From NCBI GenBank assembly GCA_964539545.1, contig CAZIJG010000002.1, forward strand, positions 6,624 to 70,623: a DNA stretch of 64,000 bases, written 5' to 3'. The position numbers and the translations under genes are program-made. Shown here in pieces: positions 38,669-46,659 of the stretch (the first letter of the stretch is position 1; the number at the start of each line of letters is the position of its first letter). Below the pieces are notes generated by a model, which had not been told where the DNA came from, made no database searches, and saw nothing but the letters and a program-made list of their open reading frames with translations. The stretch is from an uncultured Gammaproteobacteria bacterium (GTDB taxonomy: Bacteria > Patescibacteriota > Patescibacteriia > Patescibacteriales > UBA12465).

Positions 38669-39113
38669 ACAATTTTTTAATACCATCAAGCCAATCTTAA
38701 TTGAACTAAGAGAAAAGGTTGGAAATGATTTTGTAATCTTTGGTTCAGTTCCGTTATATCTTTTGGGCGTGGTAGCCTTCGATAAAGAGATCAATGACAT
38801 AGATATTGCTCTTAAAGATACCGCTAATATCCCCCCGAAAGCTCAGGTTGTTACTTTCCAGGGAGATGCTCAACAGCAGTTCCACAAAATCAATATTCAA
38901 GGTATGAATATAGATATCGGGTCTGAATGGAAAGGCTGGCCAGGCCAAAAATTATTCTTTCAAAAAATATTCACTAACCCTATTAATGTTGAAGGTTTTA
39001 AATTCGCAAATTTAGATGTGATAGAAGAGTGGAAAAAAGATATGGTGGAAAAATATAACAGAGAAAAAGATAAAAACTATTTACAGAAAATAAAAGAATA
39101 TAGATTAAAATAA
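38655..39113 (+). CDS. minimal nucleotidyltransferase (Pol-beta superfamily) domain protein
   Basis: FGSVPLYLLGVVAFDKEINDIDIAL = GS-x9-13-DxD nucleotidyltransferase motif; overlaps upstream gene by 14 nt. Confidence 0.5.
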   Translation: MKINKQFFNTIKPILIELREKVGNDFVIFGSVPLYLLGVVAFDKEINDIDIALKDTANIPPKAQVVTFQGDAQQQFHKINIQGMNIDIGSEWKGWPGQKLFFQKIFTNPINVEGFKFANLDVIEEWKKDMVEKYNREKDKNYLQKIKEYRLK

Positions 39114-39239
39114 TTTAAGTTATCTTCAATAAAAAATACCCTCTCCGGGGTAATTTTTTTATGAATCAAACGTAACAAAAAAGCCGCTACATTAAGTAAT
39201 GGCTTTGAAACAATCTTTTTTGATTGTTACTTTTTAACC

Positions 39240-39584
39240 TTATGGTCTAACAATGAGCCCTTCTCCCTCTTCCATTTTAAACGTCATTAAACTGTCAGTC
39301 TCTACATTTAGATTAGCCTGTAGCCCTGTAATATGACAAAGAAGTTCTATAAATGCACAAGCTCCTTTTTTATCATGACTTACAAAACTGTTTAACAACA
39401 TTTTATCATCACCACCAGGAAATACTAATGAATTACTAGTAGCCTCCTTTGGTTGTTTCCCCATGGAACGGCTAACTGAGAAAAGAATTCCTCCTGTATT
39501 TGGTAGTATTACATTTACTAGGTCTCCGGCTTTAATACCGGTTTTAATTACTGTCTTGTTCGAATGGTCTATGTGAATTTGCAT
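39240..39584 (-). CDS. hypothetical protein
   Basis: ORF track. Confidence 0.4.
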   Translation of the reverse strand: MQIHIDHSNKTVIKTGIKAGDLVNVILPNTGGILFSVSRSMGKQPKEATSNSLVFPGGDDKMLLNSFVSHDKKGACAFIELLCHITGLQANLNVETDSLMTFKMEEGEGLIVRP

Positions 39585-39691
39585 CTCAGATTTTTTTAAT
39601 GAACACTAAAATTTGAATTGTCGAATAGTAATCTATGATAGTACCGTATATCTTGTGTTTCGTCAATAATACCAGAGATTATAAATACTAT

Positions 39692-39729
39692 TCAAAACAA
39701 AAAACCATCCCTACGGCCCTAGAGATGGC
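39692..39729 (-). terminator. Rho-independent terminator downstream of kinase-like gene
   Basis: ccatccctacggccctagagatgg hairpin with T run on minus strand. Confidence 0.55.
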
Positions 39730-39754
39730 TACATCGATATTATTCTAATTATAA

Positions 39755-40597
39755 CTACGCCACATCCTTCCAAGAACTAAGATTTTTCTCTAAAGATTCT
39801 AATTCTTGTAGTCCTCGTAGATATTTATCTCTAATTAACCCCTCTCCCTCTATATTCCCTTGAGAATACAAATACCAATCAGTAATATATGGTTGTTTTT
39901 CTTTGTCTACCATCACTGTGCAGCTACTAGGGTCGTTATGAATAAATCCTGCTTCCGCCGCTTGAATATACACTTTTTTTAACTTCTCTAAAATCTCCAT
40001 GATATCCGAAACAGATGCTTCTTTTTGTAAAAGAAGCATATTTAAATCAGTACCATCTATATGTTCTTCTAAAATGGATCCATTTAAATCGTCATAGACT
40101 GCTCCATAAAATTTAGGGATACCTTGAATTCCTTGTAACGATTCTAAAGCCCGCATCTCATTATACAAATAATCAATAATCAATCTGTCTTTATGGCTAT
40201 CTTTTTTGTTTGTAATTTCATATCTAGGCTCAGAATCTTTTTTCCAGGGCGTGTCTATTTCAACAGAATAAAAACGTTTTTCTATATCCTTTACTTCCGT
40301 GAAGGTGCGTTCAGTTATTAACATCTCTTGACCGCTAGCTATCTCTCTTGCTTTTAATTTAAAAATTGGCCCAAATGATCCTCCGCTTAACATTTCACGA
40401 TCATCAATAATTTCTATTCCATTCTCTTTAGCGACATCTTTCACTTTTAGAAACTCGGTAATAACCAAGGGGTCATTGTCAGCAGGCCCCTCTATGTCTT
40501 CTACCTGTCCAGCACTAAGCGGCTCCATAACATCTTTAGGACGCAAACACTCCAAGGCTTCTTGATCATTTAAACGACGGTTCTTTTGAAGGCTCAT
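39755..40597 (-). CDS. protein-kinase-like fold protein (atypical small kinase)
   Basis: Gly-rich loop LSGGSFGPIFKL, catalytic-loop-like FIHNDPSSCTVMV (HxDxxxxN) and ITDW (DFG position). Confidence 0.45.
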   Translation of the reverse strand: MSLQKNRRLNDQEALECLRPKDVMEPLSAGQVEDIEGPADNDPLVITEFLKVKDVAKENGIEIIDDREMLSGGSFGPIFKLKAREIASGQEMLITERTFTEVKDIEKRFYSVEIDTPWKKDSEPRYEITNKKDSHKDRLIIDYLYNEMRALESLQGIQGIPKFYGAVYDDLNGSILEEHIDGTDLNMLLLQKEASVSDIMEILEKLKKVYIQAAEAGFIHNDPSSCTVMVDKEKQPYITDWYLYSQGNIEGEGLIRDKYLRGLQELESLEKNLSSWKDVA

Positions 40598-40712
40598 AGG
40601 TTTTTATATTAATAGATATATGAATAATTTTAACATTGTTGTCTGATAGAAAATATATGAGTAATTAAAAGGACAAAGTGAGGGTTACTGAGGGTTGTAA
40701 AAAATTATGATA

Positions 40713-41486
40713 TTACTCACAATGATCCCAGATAAATTTAAACCAGGCACGGTAACATTCTGCCAATTCTTTATTAACTATTACCGCGATGGTCACATCT
40801 TCAGATATTTCTTTCAATGATAACCCCGAAAAAGTAACTACATGACTTCCAAATATATCAATAGCTCCTGTTGTAGAATATTTTGGAGGAAAAAATTTAT
40901 ATTTTTGTTTAAAAGTATCAACAATATCAGGAGCAAATTTTTTTACCTCTGCATCAAATATATGATGATATTTGATTTTCTTTTTTTTCATTTCTTTAAA
41001 AAATATCTGACGAAATGTTTCTAGTTCTTTGTCTAACCAACCCCCCTTAGCTCCAATAAAGTACACATCCTCTCCCGTCTGGATTACATCTCTCAAATAG
41101 TTCTTGAAACCTTCTTTGCCTTTATATACATAAACCGCCTCCTTAGTGGAGGTTTTTTTAAATTGTTTGTTTAGTGCGGGCAATATGCTTTTAAGTTTAT
41201 GCTCTTTCTCCCAAATCAACTCTGATAATTTATTGGGCTCTACAGCAGCATACGTGTTTCTTTTAGTTCCAGCTATCTGGTAGATTAGCCCCTTTTTCAA
41301 TAGTCTTGATACAGCATCATATATATTTCTCTTGTCTATACTGGTATGCAAAGATATTGCCGGAACAGAAGACTGATTTTTGACAATCAGAGCTTCATAT
41401 ATTTTTGCCTCGTTGGGAGACAGCCCAATTTCTTCTAATATTTCTTTATACATATTAATTATTGCTAAAGTGGTGGTGTTTGCCAC
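40713..41486 (-). CDS. TrmB-family winged-helix transcriptional regulator
   Basis: N-terminal KEILEEIGLSPNEAKIYEALIVKNQSSVPAISLHTSIDKRNIYDAVSRLLKKGLI TrmB-type HTH. Confidence 0.55.
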   Translation of the reverse strand: MANTTTLAIINMYKEILEEIGLSPNEAKIYEALIVKNQSSVPAISLHTSIDKRNIYDAVSRLLKKGLIYQIAGTKRNTYAAVEPNKLSELIWEKEHKLKSILPALNKQFKKTSTKEAVYVYKGKEGFKNYLRDVIQTGEDVYFIGAKGGWLDKELETFRQIFFKEMKKKKIKYHHIFDAEVKKFAPDIVDTFKQKYKFFPPKYSTTGAIDIFGSHVVTFSGLSLKEISEDVTIAVIVNKELAECYRAWFKFIWDHCE

Positions 41487-41536
41487 TCACTCTGAATAAT
41501 ATATATTTTTGTATAATAAGTCAATTATATAAAAAT

Positions 41537-42973
41537 ATGAATTTTGTATCACAAACTACAGGTTATTGGTTTTTACTGCTTTTTGGTCTAGGCATGTTTT
41601 TAATCACCTATTTTATTAATAGGCAGAAAAAAGTGTCAACTAAGGAGGGTTTCTTAGTCGCCAACAGGAAAGTCGGCTGGTTTATTGGAGGCTCAAGTAT
41701 CGCAGCTTCTTGGATTTGGGCGCCAGCTCTTTTTGTTTCAGTACAAATGGCCTACGAAAAGGGTTTAGCGGGAATATTCTGGTTTACTCTGCCAAACATT
41801 GTTGCCCTAGCAATTTTTGCCTTCCTGGCACCAAAAATAAAAGAAAAGCTACCTGAGGGATTTACCTTGCCACAGTATATTAAGCAAAGACTCCAAAGCA
41901 ACAGGGTTCATAAGATGTATTTATTCCCATATCTTTTCTATCAACTAATGGCCGTAACTGTTCAGCTTTTTGCTGGTGGTAGTTTAGTCTCATTATTAAC
42001 CGGTATCCCCCTTATTATAGTTATGCCAATTCTAGCAACCATCGCTTTAATTTATACCTTGGTTTCCGGTCTTAAAGCCTCTATTATCACTGACTTTGTT
42101 CAATTAGCTATGATATTCTCTATTGGCATTATTATTCTACCTCTTACTTGGTCAACAGCTGGCGGAGGAGCTGCAATCAAGGCTGGTTTCCATGGTATAG
42201 CAAATATTGGCAGTATGTTTGACCCAGGAGTTGCCTTTTCTTTCGGCATTGTTACGGCTATTGGGTTAATCGCTGGTGCTATCTCAGATCAGCAATATTG
42301 GCAAAGAGCTTTTGCTATTAAAAAAAGACAATTAACTAAATCATTTATTTTTGGAGCTCTGGTTTTTGGTGTTGTGCCAATCGCTCTCTCAACTCTAGGA
42401 TTTTTAGCTGCCAATCCATCGCTGGGGATTGCATTACCAGCAGGGGTTGATATTTCTATGATTGGGGTCCAAACTGTGGCCACCCTACTTCCTTCCTGGG
42501 CAACGTTATTGTTTGTTATTATGCTTCTATCTGGCTTAAGTTCAACCCTAGACTCTGGTTTATCAGCGACCAGTTCTTTATGGGTAACAGACGTGGCTAA
42601 ACCGAAGTCAGATAAACAATCCATCCTATCAGCTCGTAAGGCGATGGTCGGGGTTACTATTTTAGGTTTATTGGTCGCCATATTGGCGCTATACATTCCA
42701 GCTTTTGGGCTCAAGCATCTTTGGTGGATATTTAATACAATTGCTGCTTGTGTAGTTGTCCCGACAATTCTAAGCCTCTACTGGAGCCGACTTAGTGAAA
42801 GAGGCGTGTTTTGGGGTATCCTGGTCGCTTTTATAATCGGCGTTCCATTGTTTATCTACGGAAATATTATCAATAACCCTGGATGGATTGTAGGAGCTTC
42901 ATTGTTCATCATAACTATTAGCACTGTCTTCTGTCTAATTTTACCAAACAGAAAAATACAAACAGAATATTAA
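41537..42973 (+). CDS. sodium:solute symporter family (SSF) transporter (start moved to Met at 41537)
   Basis: ~13 TM helices, SSF-like N-terminal region NRKVGWFIGGSSIAASWIWAPALF; ORF-track start at 41462 would overlap divergent regulator gene. Confidence 0.65.
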   Translation: MNFVSQTTGYWFLLLFGLGMFLITYFINRQKKVSTKEGFLVANRKVGWFIGGSSIAASWIWAPALFVSVQMAYEKGLAGIFWFTLPNIVALAIFAFLAPKIKEKLPEGFTLPQYIKQRLQSNRVHKMYLFPYLFYQLMAVTVQLFAGGSLVSLLTGIPLIIVMPILATIALIYTLVSGLKASIITDFVQLAMIFSIGIIILPLTWSTAGGGAAIKAGFHGIANIGSMFDPGVAFSFGIVTAIGLIAGAISDQQYWQRAFAIKKRQLTKSFIFGALVFGVVPIALSTLGFLAANPSLGIALPAGVDISMIGVQTVATLLPSWATLLFVIMLLSGLSSTLDSGLSATSSLWVTDVAKPKSDKQSILSARKAMVGVTILGLLVAILALYIPAFGLKHLWWIFNTIAACVVVPTILSLYWSRLSERGVFWGILVAFIIGVPLFIYGNIINNPGWIVGASLFIITISTVFCLILPNRKIQTEY

Positions 42974-43033
42974 AAGTTATGCCCCCTCCAGGGGTAACAA
43001 AAAATACCTCCAAAATTGGAGATATTTTTCTAT

Positions 43034-43129
43034 GGGTCCGACATGGCGGGAATTTATAAATATAATATCTAATAGTATTATCATGGCTAATTTTTATGCT
43101 GACATTAAGGAATTTAAGAATATAAAAAA
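43034..43129. repeat. repeat module A copy 1 (3'-flank module of cassette 1)
   Basis: gggtccgacatggcgggaatttataaatataatatctaatagtattat... ~90% identical to 43734-43819. Confidence 0.75.
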
Positions 43130-43155
43130 GCTGCCCTTAATTTAGACAGCTAGAA

Positions 43156-43599
43156 TTATTCATTGTTTTTACATAAAGCTCTTATCAGCTCTATATTAAC
43201 ATTTTTTCCAGGACAGGTTTTAGTAGTTGTTGATAATTCATTATGAGCTAATATACTTTCTATAGGAATATTGTACTGCTTAATTTTTTTCTTTAGAAAA
43301 CAAACTAAGGCTTTCATTTGTTTGGAGCTTGGCGATACTTTATCAAAATCTCCAATTAAACACACAGCCAGAGACTCCTTATTATAACCAATGGCGTGAG
43401 CACCTTCAAAAGCCTCTGGTCTTCCTACATACAATTTTCCATTAATTGTAAAAGGTCTCTTGTTGCCAATTAAATAATGATATCCTATATTTTCCCATCC
43501 CCTTAAGTAAATATGTCTCATTTTTATAAAAAACGGAAAGTCGTTATTACGACTAGTGTGATGAACTATAATATAATTTACTATATTTAATTTATTCAA
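43156..43599 (-). CDS. N-acetylmuramoyl-L-alanine amidase (amidase_2/PGRP/T7-lysozyme-like), no signal peptide
   Basis: IVHHTS...NIGYHYLIGN...GAHAIGYNKESLAVCLIGDFD...C-terminal Cys as Zn ligand pattern. Confidence 0.7.
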   Translation of the reverse strand: MNKLNIVNYIIVHHTSRNNDFPFFIKMRHIYLRGWENIGYHYLIGNKRPFTINGKLYVGRPEAFEGAHAIGYNKESLAVCLIGDFDKVSPSSKQMKALVCFLKKKIKQYNIPIESILAHNELSTTTKTCPGKNVNIELIRALCKNNE

Positions 43600-43645
43600 A
43601 ATAAACCCCCTTTATATAATTAATTATTAAAGAACATTTTTTATT

Positions 43646-43736
43646 TAATAAAAAAGCATACCAATGAAGTATGCTTTTGTCAACAGATCATCGTAATATT
43701 TTCCTTAACATTAAAGAAAATTTGGGTCCGACATGG
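43646..43736. repeat. repeat module B copy 1 (5'-flank module of cassette 1): hairpin aaaagcatacc..ggtatgctttt plus conserved cttaac[a/g]ttaag...aaaatttgggt
   Basis: ~85% identical to 44453-44534; contains TTGACA on minus strand overlapping the hairpin. Confidence 0.75.
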
Positions 43737-43819
43737 CGGGAATTTATAAATATAATATCTAATAGTATTATTATGGATAATTTTTGTGCTGATATTAAGA
43801 ATCTTAGAGATATAAAAAA
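43734..43819. repeat. repeat module A copy 2 (3'-flank module of cassette 2)
   Basis: see copy 1. Confidence 0.75.
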
Positions 43820-43878
43820 TCCCTCGGTTTTCTAAGAGCTAAAGCTCAAAGAATCCAAGGGATATAAGCTTTAGGGAC

Positions 43879-44406
43879 TTAAGCTCCCCGTTGCAGTACA
43901 ACCACACGATGAGCGCCCCCAGCACGCCAAACGCCGCCAAACCCGAAACGGCCGACACCGACACTCAGACCACCGGAGCGCACGTGCACGCGGGCAACAT
44001 AATATTTACCGTCAACTTTGAACGGGAAAAAAATAGAGCGACCATCTTTTTTCAAATACTTTTGATTGCTGATACAAAATTCGGTAATTTGGTTTTGAGT
44101 CAGACAAAGTTTGTCCAAATCATCATTTAGCGAACCGAACATCTGTTTAACATTAGCATCTTGCGCCATTTCATAAACCTGAGTCTTAATTTCTGGTGTT
44201 TTTTTGTCTGGCTTGTTTAAATTCCAGCCTTTGAAGTCTGGATCAATCCATGATTTGAATACATCTTCAGAGTTAAAAATAGTCTGACTACCATCTACGG
44301 CATTAGTAATTACATTATCTGCAACAAGTCTTAAAACATTTGTCTCCTGAGCCATCACAAGTGACGACATAAGAACAATTAACAAAAATAGGAATAACCT
44401 TCTCAT
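43879..44406 (-). CDS. hypothetical secreted protein with Gly/Arg-rich C-terminal tail encoded by GC-rich patch
   Basis: Signal peptide MRRLFLFLLIVLMSSLVMAQE; C-terminus ...VRSGGLSVGVGRFGFGGVWRAGGAHRVVVLQRGA encoded by 43885-44000 (GC visibly >60% versus ~30% surroundings). Confidence 0.5.
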   Translation of the reverse strand: MRRLFLFLLIVLMSSLVMAQETNVLRLVADNVITNAVDGSQTIFNSEDVFKSWIDPDFKGWNLNKPDKKTPEIKTQVYEMAQDANVKQMFGSLNDDLDKLCLTQNQITEFCISNQKYLKKDGRSIFFPFKVDGKYYVARVHVRSGGLSVGVGRFGFGGVWRAGGAHRVVVLQRGA

Positions 44407-44452
44407 CTTTTTCTGATTTTAGTGAAACAATATACTTATTTTAATGATCTAT

Positions 44453-44534
44453 TTAATAAAAAAGCATACCAATGAAGTATGCTTTTGTCAATAGCTACTA
44501 ACTGTGTTTTCCTTAACGTTAAGAAAATTTGGGT
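44453..44534. repeat. repeat module B copy 2 (5'-flank module of cassette 2), abuts tRNA-His
   Basis: see copy 1. Confidence 0.75.
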
Positions 44535-44606
44535 GGTAGATGGGTTTTGAACCCACTACCTCCGGGACCACAACCCGGCGCTCTAACCAATTGAGCTACT
44601 ACCACC
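44531..44606 (-). tRNA. tRNA-His (anticodon GTG) with encoded G-1
   Basis: Minus strand G-GTGGTAG...CCGGG-TTGTGGT-CCCGG...GTGGGTTCAAAACCCAT-CTACCAC-C; C73 discriminator and extra 5' G. Confidence 0.8.
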
Positions 44607-44624
44607 GTATATTATTTTGATATT

Positions 44625-44761
44625 TTATTCTTTCACGTCATTCTCACCACAATTGTGAGGACAACTAGAACAGTCACAACCAAAAATATCTAAATCTTCT
44701 ACAGCCACGTCTTCCACATTTTCATTTTCTTTCTGAAGATCATTTTTTTTGTCTTCTAACA
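44625..44761 (-). CDS. small Cys-rich ORF (~45 aa) between tRNA-His and tRNA-Arg; MLEDKKNDLQKENENVEDVAVEDLDIFGCDCSSCPHNCGENDVKE; coordinates +/-1
   Basis: Manual translation; CxCxxCxxxC cluster; no strong SD; absent from ORF track (too short). Confidence 0.25.
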
Positions 44762-44779
44762 TATAATTTTACTTAATTA

Positions 44780-44851
44780 ATTATACTAGTACGCCCAGGG
44801 GGAATCGAACCCTCATATCCAGCTTAGAAGGCTGGTGTTCTATCCGTTGAA
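44780..44851 (-). tRNA. tRNA-Arg (anticodon TCT)
   Basis: Minus strand GCGCCCA-TA-GTTC-AACGGATA-GAAC-A-CCAGC-CTTCTAA-GCTGG-...GGGTTCGATTCCCCC-TGGGCGT-A (one T-stem mismatch, G1.U72). Confidence 0.7.
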
Positions 44852-44927
44852 CTATGGGCGCTTAAAAATAAAATTGCCTATCCTGGCAACAGGATTAATT
44901 TAACAAAATACCTCTAAAAAGTCAATA

Positions 44928-46124
44928 TTAGCCAAAAGCTAACCAACCTGGTTGAAATATTAACAACACACCGATAATTAGCATGATGATTCCGCCAATT
45001 AAACCAGCTAATCGACTATACTGAGTATTAACCTTGGACATCTTTAAACTAGTCATTGCAATAACAAAGATTAAAAGATCGTCTAGCATGAAAATAAAGA
45101 CATAGAGGAATAAATATGAATAATATTGCAAAGAAGATAAGCCAGATAAAGACAGGACGTGAGTATAAACCGCTGGCAATCCAGCGCTACAAATTAATTC
45201 TACTAGATTAACCGCTGCAGCTAATAACACTATACCTCCTAATGCTAACCAAAACTTATCCTGATCAATTATCTTTCTTAGAGCCCTAAAAGTCTTTTTT
45301 CTTTTTTCGTTACCGGTCACTTTACAGGTAGCATCACGATTAACAAAATATTCTCTTAAATGATAACCGCCACTAAATAAGGCTACTGCGGCTATAACTA
45401 ATCTCACCCAAAAAAGAAAACCTAGGAATAGAAATAAATTTAGCCAGGCAGCTAAGAACAAGTAGTATACGGCTGCTGAAACAACTATAAAACTAATTCC
45501 CAGAATCCACATTCGACGACGATTTTTCATATTTAATAACAAACTAATCAAGAATAATAGTATCCACATGGCACAAGGATTAAATCCATCCAAACCGGCA
45601 ATAATTATTGTTAATAGTGGTAGGGATAAATTATTGGTATCGATTTCACCAAGAACCGGCACACTAATAACTGAATTTTTATCTATTTCTTTTTCACAAA
45701 GAATTGGTTCTAAATTAGTCTCGCCAGAAATAATCCTAGCGACATAATCTGAACAATTATATTCTAGAGCCTCATCTATAATTTGAATAATTTCTCTCCC
45801 AGTGGTTTGCTCTGAGGCAAAACCAATAACTGCCTTATTCCCAACCACCACCATAGGAATTCCAGAGACAGTAACCCCTAGTCCAGTACCAACCTTGGCT
45901 ATTAATTTAGCATTGGTCGGATTGCTCCAAACTTCAAATTTTTGAATTTCTATTTTATCTTTATAGATTTCCTTCTGAAGAAGTTCTTCAAAGAATTCTT
46001 CTTCGTTTGAACAATGCGGACAGCCGTCTCCATAGAAAAAATATATATTAACCTGCTCCTGAGCTAGAGAGGGTCGAGGCAAAAACAACAACGATAATAC
46101 CAAAATAATAAATAATTTTTTCAT
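44928..46124 (-). CDS. thiol:disulfide interchange protein: secreted thioredoxin-like domain (CPHC) fused to CcdA/DsbD-type transmembrane domain
   Basis: Signal peptide, GDGCPHC motif, then 6-8 TM with conserved Cys in TM (AGLDGFNPCAMWILLF). Confidence 0.55.
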   Translation of the reverse strand: MKKLFIILVLSLLFLPRPSLAQEQVNIYFFYGDGCPHCSNEEEFFEELLQKEIYKDKIEIQKFEVWSNPTNAKLIAKVGTGLGVTVSGIPMVVVGNKAVIGFASEQTTGREIIQIIDEALEYNCSDYVARIISGETNLEPILCEKEIDKNSVISVPVLGEIDTNNLSLPLLTIIIAGLDGFNPCAMWILLFLISLLLNMKNRRRMWILGISFIVVSAAVYYLFLAAWLNLFLFLGFLFWVRLVIAAVALFSGGYHLREYFVNRDATCKVTGNEKRKKTFRALRKIIDQDKFWLALGGIVLLAAAVNLVELICSAGLPAVYTHVLSLSGLSSLQYYSYLFLYVFIFMLDDLLIFVIAMTSLKMSKVNTQYSRLAGLIGGIIMLIIGVLLIFQPGWLAFG

Positions 46125-46333
46125 ATATAAATCAATAAATAATTAAAGGTTCTTACATAATAACACAAATCGTAAAATGCTTTAAGATTTGACTGATATT
46201 TAAAGATTTGGTATTGTTGTCATATATGAACAACTTTAGTAGAAACATTTCAATAATTATTAGCCTGGTTATTAACCGGGTTGGTTTTTGCTATAGTAAG
46301 TTATAAAGAATTTTAAACATTACACATTGCAAA

Positions 46334-46360
46334 AGCCGACTACTCTGGTCGGCTTTTTTG
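46334..46360. terminator. strong hairpin agccgac...gtcggc + T run (upstream boundary of small-ORF unit)
   Basis: Read directly. Confidence 0.5.
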
Positions 46361-46405
46361 ATTATAAAAATAAACTGATCTTTTAATTAAATAGTGGAGG
46401 TAATA

Positions 46406-46567
46406 ATGGTAAATGTAATGAATGACGGCAATGGTTTAAATTTTTTTGGTCAAGGACCAAAAGAATATCCAGAAAATCACGAAGTAAACAAAACAGGAAA
46501 TAAGATTCCTAAAAAACTGCTCGGCAAAAAGTCTAAAGCAAAACCAAAAGAAGGCAAACAGGCCTAA
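46406..46567 (+). CDS. small hypothetical protein (53 aa, Lys-rich C-terminus) with strong SD; MVNVMNDGNGLNFFGQGPKEYPENHEVNKTGNKIPKKLLGKKSKAKPKEGKQA
   Basis: GGAGGT 5 nt upstream of ATG; bracketed by terminators at 46334-46360 and 46577-46603; absent from ORF track. Confidence 0.5.
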   Translation: MVNVMNDGNGLNFFGQGPKEYPENHEVNKTGNKIPKKLLGKKSKAKPKEGKQA

Positions 46568-46576
46568 TCTAAAAAT

Positions 46577-46603
46577 AAAGGCAGAATAATCTGCCTTTTT
46601 TTC
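46577..46603 (+). terminator. Rho-independent terminator of small ORF
   Basis: aaaggcagaataatctgccttttttt. Confidence 0.6.
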
Positions 46604-46659
46604 TTACTCCTATCTATGTTATACTAGTTACATAAAATGTCTTAAATTTTACTAATCTT

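Noticed and set aside
39140-39170. ataCCCtctccGGGGtaat and, at 42985-43004, gCCCCCtccaGGGGtaac as additional CsoR-type operators
   Set aside because: Both sit directly after stop codons and are followed by T runs; better explained as GC-clamped intrinsic terminators.
40598-40712. Direct repeat gagggtt x2 (gtgagggttactgagggttgt) in the kinase-like/TrmB intergenic region
   Set aside because: Too short to interpret; possibly fortuitous.
42289-42714. 141-aa minus-strand ORF
   Set aside because: Embedded antisense in the SSF transporter gene.
43891-44130. Plus-strand 79-aa ORF across the GC-rich patch
   Set aside because: Antisense of the secreted-protein gene; the minus-strand frame has a signal peptide and a longer ORF.
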